64,000 nt of DNA, taken from the IMG/VR virus record IMGVR_UViG_3300021387_000681, positions 27,273 to 91,272 of that record; one strand, written 5' to 3'. This DNA comes from a virus (Duplodnaviria > Caudoviricetes). The notes under the pieces were generated by a model. The model did no database searches. It saw nothing but the letters and a program-made list of their open reading frames with translations, and was not told the origin of the DNA. This document shows, one piece after another, positions 57,842 to 64,000 of this stretch (the first letter of the stretch is position 1; each line of letters starts with the position of its first letter). The position numbers and the translations under genes were made by a program.

Positions 57842-59311
57842 ATGTATAAGATGCACGTTGTATCTAAGGGTAAATTTGATGATAGAGGTTATTCTAATGA
57901 AGAAAGTATTGCTTATCTTCAAATTCAGAAGCCTGATCAAATTAATTCTTTTCTGACTTATAATTATGGAATGGATGATGATAGATTTCCATTAACATTC
58001 CTTACAGAAGGTCAAGGTAAACGAGGTGTTGTAGAGTGTAATTCTGTACAGTGGACTTGGCCTGTTATGGGTCGTATGAAATTTACAGATATGCTTACTA
58101 ATGCTCCTACTGGTGATAATATCGGTATTGGCGGAAGTGAATTTGTAGTTTCTTTTGCTACTCATTGGTTTATTGAACAGCATACTCTTATTGCTCCTGA
58201 TGGTAAAACTCAATTCCGTATTCAGAAGGATTTAGGTGAAGGAGTTAATGGTTATGAATACTTGCTTAAGTTAATGGATCCAAATCCAAATGCTTATGTA
58301 TCTGCGGAGAATTTAGTTCTTGGTAAATATTGGAGCATTGGTGCTTCGGTTGTGGAAGAGTCTTACTCTAAGGGTAACCGTAGCAATGTTATGGGACCTG
58401 GTAAGATGACTAGCCAACTTGAAATTTATCGTTATTCTAAGGAGATTGCTGGTAATCTTGCAAATACTGTTGTTGAATATGAATTCAAGAATAATGCAGG
58501 TGCTTCTCAGAGATTATGGATTAATGAAGAAATGCGTCAGTTTAATATTCAGAATAGAGTAAAGAACGAAGAGCGTCTTTGGATGGCTGAATATAATAGA
58601 ACTGAAACTGGTGAAGTAACTCTTCGTAGCCGTGATACAGGTAAGCCTATTCCTACTACCGCTGGTATGCTTCAAATTTGTAGAGAAAATAACTATGACA
58701 CTTATGGTGAAATTCTTACTCTGAATAAGATTAAGAGAACTATCGGTGATGTTATGGATAGAGATACTGATAATGGCAAGATGGACATTGTTCTTATGGG
58801 TGGCAAGGGATTCCTTGAGGACTTTGACGATGCTATTAAGCAGGATGCTAAAGAGAATGGTTTCTTAACTCCTCTTGGCGAGAAGGAAATTACAGGTACA
58901 GGTTATGGTCTTGAATATGGTGCTTACTTCCGTAAGTATAAGACTGTAGATGGTCATACTGTTACAGCTAAGCATTGTGCTTTCTTTGACAAGGGTACTA
59001 TTGCTGAGGCTGCTAAGATGAATGGTAATGTACATCCTAGAACTGGTTATCCTATTACTTCGCATCAAGCTGCATTTATTGACTTTAGCTCTTATGATGG
59101 ACATCAGAATGTTCGTTTAGTACATCAGAAAGGTCGTAAGTTTATGGCTAAGGTTTATAAGGGAATGGCTCCTATTCCTGCATCTTGGGGACTTGGTGAC
59201 ACTAACTTTATTTCTACTGATATTGATATGAGTCGTTATGAAGTTATGGGTACAATTGGATTACAGGTTGATAACTCAACTAAGATGTTCTTAATGGAGT
59301 GCAAGCTCTAA
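57842..59311 (+). CDS. Major capsid protein
   Basis: DDRGYSNEE...MDDDRFPLTFLTEGQG N-terminus recalled from crAssphage-like MCPs; strongly biased codons. Confidence 0.9.
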   Translation: MYKMHVVSKGKFDDRGYSNEESIAYLQIQKPDQINSFLTYNYGMDDDRFPLTFLTEGQGKRGVVECNSVQWTWPVMGRMKFTDMLTNAPTGDNIGIGGSEFVVSFATHWFIEQHTLIAPDGKTQFRIQKDLGEGVNGYEYLLKLMDPNPNAYVSAENLVLGKYWSIGASVVEESYSKGNRSNVMGPGKMTSQLEIYRYSKEIAGNLANTVVEYEFKNNAGASQRLWINEEMRQFNIQNRVKNEERLWMAEYNRTETGEVTLRSRDTGKPIPTTAGMLQICRENNYDTYGEILTLNKIKRTIGDVMDRDTDNGKMDIVLMGGKGFLEDFDDAIKQDAKENGFLTPLGEKEITGTGYGLEYGAYFRKYKTVDGHTVTAKHCAFFDKGTIAEAAKMNGNVHPRTGYPITSHQAAFIDFSSYDGHQNVRLVHQKGRKFMAKVYKGMAPIPASWGLGDTNFISTDIDMSRYEVMGTIGLQVDNSTKMFLMECKL

Positions 59312-59343
59312 TAAATTTTATTAACTTTAAATACGTATAAGAT

Positions 59344-60459
59344 ATGGATAATAGTGAAGGTGTACAAGCTAGCTTTAGCAAACCTAAAATTAAAACTAGT
59401 GAAGAAGCTGAAAATAAAGTAGGAACTGAACAACCTAAAGAAGATTTGGAACTTTATAAAGAATATGTTCATAAATCTAGTGTAACAATAGCTTTGATAA
59501 ATAACTATAGTTTATATAGAAAAGCTAATTCTAAAGTTCTTCAAAAAAGAATAGGTTACATAGGTTCTTCTATTAATAGTACAAGAATTTTATCTTCTAA
59601 TAAAGCTGAAATTGAGGCTTACTTCCCAGCACTTATAGGTATAGCTTCTAATAATGAAAACTTCATTACTAGAGTTAGGCAATATCTTAGCAATATTAGA
59701 ATACAAGTTGATGAATTAGGCAAAACCTTTGATACTTCTTTTCATTACAATACTAAGAAAGATTATTATGATATTCAAGAACAAATTGAAAAGGTTGAGA
59801 ATGAATATAATCTTGTAGATAAGCGTGATGAAAATGCTCTCAAAAAAGCTTTATATCAAAAGTGTTTGAGAATAAATGAAATTGAAAGTACTAAATGTAA
59901 GGTTGGTTATCCTTTGAATGTAGAAGATTATCTTATGTATCGTCATTGTCTTTTGTATAATGATGTATGCAAAGAAATGAGTTTAATTAATAGTGATATT
60001 AATTATCGTTTCTACTTTAAAGATGATAATAAAGAGAAAGAACGTATCAATAAACATAGACTTGCAGTCAATAAAGCTAAAGGTAACTACATTAGAGCTA
60101 TTGAAGATGATAAGTTGTTCGATGATGTATTTATTCAGTATTGTGTTTTAATGGGTTATCCTGTTACACAATATCTCGCTAAGGATTCTATTGAAAAACA
60201 AAATCTTCTTGATAAATTTAGTTCTGATGAGCCTGAAAAGTTTAATAAGATATTTAGTAATAAAAATCTAAAACTTGTAAGTACAATAGAAATGCTTATC
60301 GCTCGTAATGAATTATCTAGATTACCAAATAGTCAGAATATTGTTATGAGTGATGGTACATTTATTGGTTCCAATATGAATGAAGCTGTTGCTTGGTTTA
60401 CAGACCCTGCAAATAGTTCTTACGTCAATGCTTTTTATAATAAATTAAAGAATATTTGA
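59344..60459 (+). CDS. Conserved crAss virion/assembly protein following the major capsid gene
   Basis: Synteny; GYPLNVEDYL.YRHCL.Y motif. Confidence 0.65.
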   Translation: MDNSEGVQASFSKPKIKTSEEAENKVGTEQPKEDLELYKEYVHKSSVTIALINNYSLYRKANSKVLQKRIGYIGSSINSTRILSSNKAEIEAYFPALIGIASNNENFITRVRQYLSNIRIQVDELGKTFDTSFHYNTKKDYYDIQEQIEKVENEYNLVDKRDENALKKALYQKCLRINEIESTKCKVGYPLNVEDYLMYRHCLLYNDVCKEMSLINSDINYRFYFKDDNKEKERINKHRLAVNKAKGNYIRAIEDDKLFDDVFIQYCVLMGYPVTQYLAKDSIEKQNLLDKFSSDEPEKFNKIFSNKNLKLVSTIEMLIARNELSRLPNSQNIVMSDGTFIGSNMNEAVAWFTDPANSSYVNAFYNKLKNI

Positions 60460-60460
60460 T

Positions 60461-61186
60461 ATGTTAGTAGCTGATATGCTTAAAATGTTTAAAATCACTG
60501 CTCAAACTAAAGGATTAGATACTTTTAGATTTATAAGTGATGAAGACATTTGTGTGTATATCAATCAGGCTATTGTTGATAAAGTTAGAGCTGTTGTAGG
60601 ACAATCTTCTTTAATGCAGTATCCTGGTAAAAGTTATATTAATGATAATTCGATAAGTGGTACCAATATTTTAAAGAACTTACATTATATTGTTGATTGT
60701 GAAATTGATACTTCGCAAGATACAAATAATAATCAATTAATAAATGGAACTCCTGAGTTTTTTAATGCTATAGCTATGTTTATAACTGCTATAGATATTA
60801 AATATGTAAAAGATAATGACGAAACGGTAGTTCCTTGTAGATTAGTTGATCCTGATAAGTTTTATAATTTAAGTAGAGATTACTGCAATACTGCTAGTTG
60901 GGATAATCCTATAGTTACTTATTTTAAAGATAATGATGGTGAATATAGATTATTAGGAATGTATGGAAGTAAAGAATTTCCAACTGCTAAAACTCCTAAT
61001 GGTTTAAACATTCATTATATAAAGCATCCTAATAAAGTTACTGTGGATTTTGAAGGGCAATATTATGATTTGCCAGATTATGCTTTTCCTGAAATAGTTA
61101 ATATTGCAGTTAACTCTTACTTTAAATCTGTTGGTGCTACAAGTCAACAATTAGAAAATATTAAACAAGTAAACAACGATGATTAA
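60461..61186 (+). CDS. Head-tail ring/adaptor protein
   Basis: I..YINQA...YIKHP..V...DLPD...EIVNIAV pattern. Confidence 0.65.
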   Translation: MLVADMLKMFKITAQTKGLDTFRFISDEDICVYINQAIVDKVRAVVGQSSLMQYPGKSYINDNSISGTNILKNLHYIVDCEIDTSQDTNNNQLINGTPEFFNAIAMFITAIDIKYVKDNDETVVPCRLVDPDKFYNLSRDYCNTASWDNPIVTYFKDNDGEYRLLGMYGSKEFPTAKTPNGLNIHYIKHPNKVTVDFEGQYYDLPDYAFPEIVNIAVNSYFKSVGATSQQLENIKQVNNDD

Positions 61187-62510
61187 ACACGTTATATTAG
61201 TTGGAAAAGGAATCTTTTTTGCTGATGGTGTTGAAAACGCTGGAAAAAATGAGTTTCTTTCTTATGACGGAACAGCTATAATGCTTTCTGATAATGAGAG
61301 TAACGGAACTCTTTTTTCTAAGGATTTAACATTTAAGCATAAGAATATGGTAACAGTATTTCCGCTTCCTCCTAGAAGTAGAGATTATCTTTCTGTTACA
61401 GTATATCCTTTATACAATTTGATTAAAGGTGGAGTTAGAACTAATATTTCATTTACTGCAAATGAATCTTTTACTCTTCCTGTTTCATATCTTACTAACG
61501 GAATGTTTGCTTCAACAACTATAGATACTGAAGGAAAAATAATTCCTGGTATTTATGGTTTTATGTTAGTGAAAAAGAATGTTGATTTCAATAGAAGAAA
61601 CAAATGGTATGTTGAAGTAATTGTAAAAGAAGATACTAGTTATTCTGATTTTGCTACCTTACTTGATTCTAAGTTCAAAGCTATAGATAAGAATTTAACT
61701 TTGACTGAAAATAGAGGAACGTTTACTTTAGTTACTTCTTCTGTTACAGACCACGCTTATGAACTTATGTTAGCAGATGTTGCAGAGTTTGCATTTACAA
61801 AACCTGTAAATAGTGGAGTTAACAATAGAATTAAAGCGTTTGTTAAGAAATTGTGTAGAGAAGCTGATGGTAATTATGGATTTGATTATACTACAGTTGA
61901 AGGTGCTGAACTTTATAAGAACAGAACTGATGAAATGTATAATGAATTAATTTCCGTAGTTAAGTCTGAAGATATTTCTACTTTATATGCTCTTAATTTA
62001 CAGTTTAACGAGCCTAGCTATTATAGAACTGTAGATGAAAAGATTAACAAAGTTATAACTATAATTGCTGATTATACAGTAATTAATGCTTTATTAACAG
62101 GTATTGGTGTAGATATTAACAATGTATTGGATTCTGGTTCAGCAGGAACTGAGAAATCTGATAGAGTTATTGGAGATGCAAATAATGATGGTAAAATTGA
62201 TGTAGAAGATGTAAACGCATTAATAAACGCAATATTGGATACATCTACTTTAGAACCTGGCGAACTTACATATTATGATGCCAACGGAGACGGTAAGGTG
62301 GATGTAGCCGACGTTAATAACATAATTAACTTTATATTAAAAAGTGGAGGATATGGAAATGCTGGCAGTGTTCCAATTAAGTCATTAACTAGTGAATTAT
62401 CTATTGCCATTGAGAATATATTAGATTCTAAGACTATGCCTGATGCAAAGAAGCAATATGGAGTAGATGATGCAGATTCTGGCACTCAAGGGCCAGCTAT
62501 TGGTGGATAA
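61179..62510 (+). CDS. Putative virion (auxiliary capsid-like) protein with a C-terminal dockerin domain
   Basis: Duplicated Ca-binding repeat GDANNDGKIDVEDVNALINAIL / DANGDGKVDVADVNNIINFIL (nt ~62172-62342). Confidence 0.7.
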   Translation: MIKHVILVGKGIFFADGVENAGKNEFLSYDGTAIMLSDNESNGTLFSKDLTFKHKNMVTVFPLPPRSRDYLSVTVYPLYNLIKGGVRTNISFTANESFTLPVSYLTNGMFASTTIDTEGKIIPGIYGFMLVKKNVDFNRRNKWYVEVIVKEDTSYSDFATLLDSKFKAIDKNLTLTENRGTFTLVTSSVTDHAYELMLADVAEFAFTKPVNSGVNNRIKAFVKKLCREADGNYGFDYTTVEGAELYKNRTDEMYNELISVVKSEDISTLYALNLQFNEPSYYRTVDEKINKVITIIADYTVINALLTGIGVDINNVLDSGSAGTEKSDRVIGDANNDGKIDVEDVNALINAILDTSTLEPGELTYYDANGDGKVDVADVNNIINFILKSGGYGNAGSVPIKSLTSELSIAIENILDSKTMPDAKKQYGVDDADSGTQGPAIGG

Positions 62511-62565
62511 TATTCTCTTAAAGAAGGACAATAAGATGAATAAGTATATTAAATAAATTTGAATT

Positions 62566-63501
62566 ATGAGAACTAATATATTTTGTACAAATGAGTATCT
62601 AAATATTGATACTTCTATTAGAGATTCATATCTTAATATTGATGGAAATTTAGGTATTGTTAAAGCTGATAGCAATGGAATAGTATTAGATAAATTTTTG
62701 AATCTTATTATGATGACTCGTAATGATGCTGGTATTGAAATTTCTAGAGTTATTCCTATATCTTTATGCAATTTAAATATTAAAGCACATTCATTTAATA
62801 TTGTAAATAAGTATAAAGATGCAGCTAAACTTATCTATGATTTTGATACAACTAAATTAGTAAATGAAGAAATAGGATTTAGATTAACTATTCCTGCAGG
62901 ATTTAATCATAGACATAGTTGGACATTTAGTTATAAAATAAAATCGGGTGATGTTTTCGTTGATGTTATTAAGAAGTTTAATAATATGATACTCAACAGT
63001 TCAATAAAAGAACATGTAGGAGTATATATAATCCGAGGAGAAATTGTTTTCTTATTAAATGAAGAACATAATGCTGTATTAGTTCAGCCTTTAGATGCTA
63101 TGCCATCTGATGGTGTTACTACTATAAGACAGAGTTCTGATGAAAATAATAATTCTCTTTTTTCTACCGTAGCAGCAGTTAGAAACTATCTTATTAAGTT
63201 AGCTGTAGATGCTGATGCAAATTATGGTTTTGATTATGTAGATAACGCATTTCATGAATTATATCCTAATCAATCATCTTATAAAGATATTGAGAAATAT
63301 ATAGCTCGTGAAATGGCAGGTAATGAAACGAGTGAATATACAGTATTTCATATAACATTTACAGAACCTCGTAATGTTGAAACTACAGGAGATGTTGTAA
63401 AACAAGTTATTAATATAATATGCACTTCAGGAAGTGATATGCTTACTTTAATGCAAGCTCTTGCTTCAGCTGGTGGAATTACTGTAGATTCTAATGATTA
63501 A
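62566..63501 (+). CDS. Paralog of the preceding virion protein, without dockerin
   Basis: ADANYGFDY and FTEP..T..V.QVINII match ADGNYGFDY and FNEP..T..I.KVITII. Confidence 0.7.
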   Translation: MRTNIFCTNEYLNIDTSIRDSYLNIDGNLGIVKADSNGIVLDKFLNLIMMTRNDAGIEISRVIPISLCNLNIKAHSFNIVNKYKDAAKLIYDFDTTKLVNEEIGFRLTIPAGFNHRHSWTFSYKIKSGDVFVDVIKKFNNMILNSSIKEHVGVYIIRGEIVFLLNEEHNAVLVQPLDAMPSDGVTTIRQSSDENNNSLFSTVAAVRNYLIKLAVDADANYGFDYVDNAFHELYPNQSSYKDIEKYIAREMAGNETSEYTVFHITFTEPRNVETTGDVVKQVINIICTSGSDMLTLMQALASAGGITVDSND

Positions 63502-63572
63502 GTAGTTCTTCAACATAAGAAAATAGGTTGAGATATAGAGTATCAAGAAGTTAATTAATGTTGTAATGTAAT

Positions 63573-63613
63573 ATAGCAACAGTGACTTTAATGTTGCTGT
63601 TGCTATTTCTTTT
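63573..63613 (+). terminator. Intrinsic terminator
   Basis: ATAGCAACAGTGAC...GTTGCTGTTGCTAT-TTCTTTT. Confidence 0.8.
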
Positions 63614-63616
63614 ATT

Positions 63617-64000
63617 ATGGAATTTATTATTGAAGCTTTAGGTCAAGGAATAATACCAGCTATAGTTGTTGCTATTTATTTAATTATAATAAAAATTATT
63701 GACAGTAAAAAAGAAGAAAAACGTGCTGAGTTAAATTCTAATGTAATTAATCTTATTACAGATATAAATAAATTCTTAAAATATGTTACTGAAGATATTA
63801 TAGCAAAAGAACCTGATAGACTTGAATTAGCTTTAAAAGATTCTTTTGATAGCTTTAGTTATAAACTTTCTAATTTAGTTATATATACTTTAGTTAATAA
63901 CCATATAATTAAAAACAAAAAGTCTATATTAGAAAATATTAGAAAAACTATTGATAAAGCATATTATGATGTATATACTGTAATATCATTATATAATAAT
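63617..64000 (+). CDS. Membrane protein (holin-like?), 3'-truncated
   Basis: MEFIIEALGQGIIPAIVVAIYLIIIKII...; frame is open to the window end. Confidence 0.6.
   Translation, partial: MEFIIEALGQGIIPAIVVAIYLIIIKIIDSKKEEKRAELNSNVINLITDINKFLKYVTEDIIAKEPDRLELALKDSFDSFSYKLSNLVIYTLVNNHIIKNKKSILENIRKTIDKAYYDVYTVISLYNN

Noticed and set aside
1-64000. Stop-codon reassignment (TAG/TGA), known in some crAss-like phages
   Set aside because: Giant and structural ORFs are intact in the standard code, TAG and TGA act as real stops, and no suppressor tRNA was seen

Overview
This window is about two-thirds of an AT-rich crAss-like phage genome (order Crassvirales, PolB-encoding; Bacteroidota host inferred from TAnnTTTG promoters). 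It is read in the standard genetic code. Layout: (1) 1-17560 (+), virion-ejected giant proteins: a zincin plus PD-(D/E)xK protein and a 4729-aa virion RNA polymerase with a DFDTD motif. (2) 17647-45696 (-), early and middle genes: small accessory or anti-defence proteins, dUTPase, ThyX, dNMP kinase, ligase, primase, SSB/recombinase candidates, PolB, SF1 helicase and three tRNAs. (3) A non-coding divergence region at about 45.7-46.5 kb. (4) 46.5-64 kb (+): HTH and IHF-like proteins, nuclease, lysis genes, terminase, portal, major capsid and other virion genes. The most striking unexplained signal is a GC-rich pseudo-palindromic motif, YCCCCGTAR(A/T)GGRA, found 14 times across the window. Ten copies lie inside protein-coding genes in different reading registers, which points to a DNA-level site system. 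Other highlights are three copies of a 20-bp candidate virion-RNAP early promoter, a structured non-coding early leader, a dockerin domain on a probable virion protein, and an Acb2/Tad1-like sponge candidate. All assignments come from reading motifs by eye; no database searches were run.
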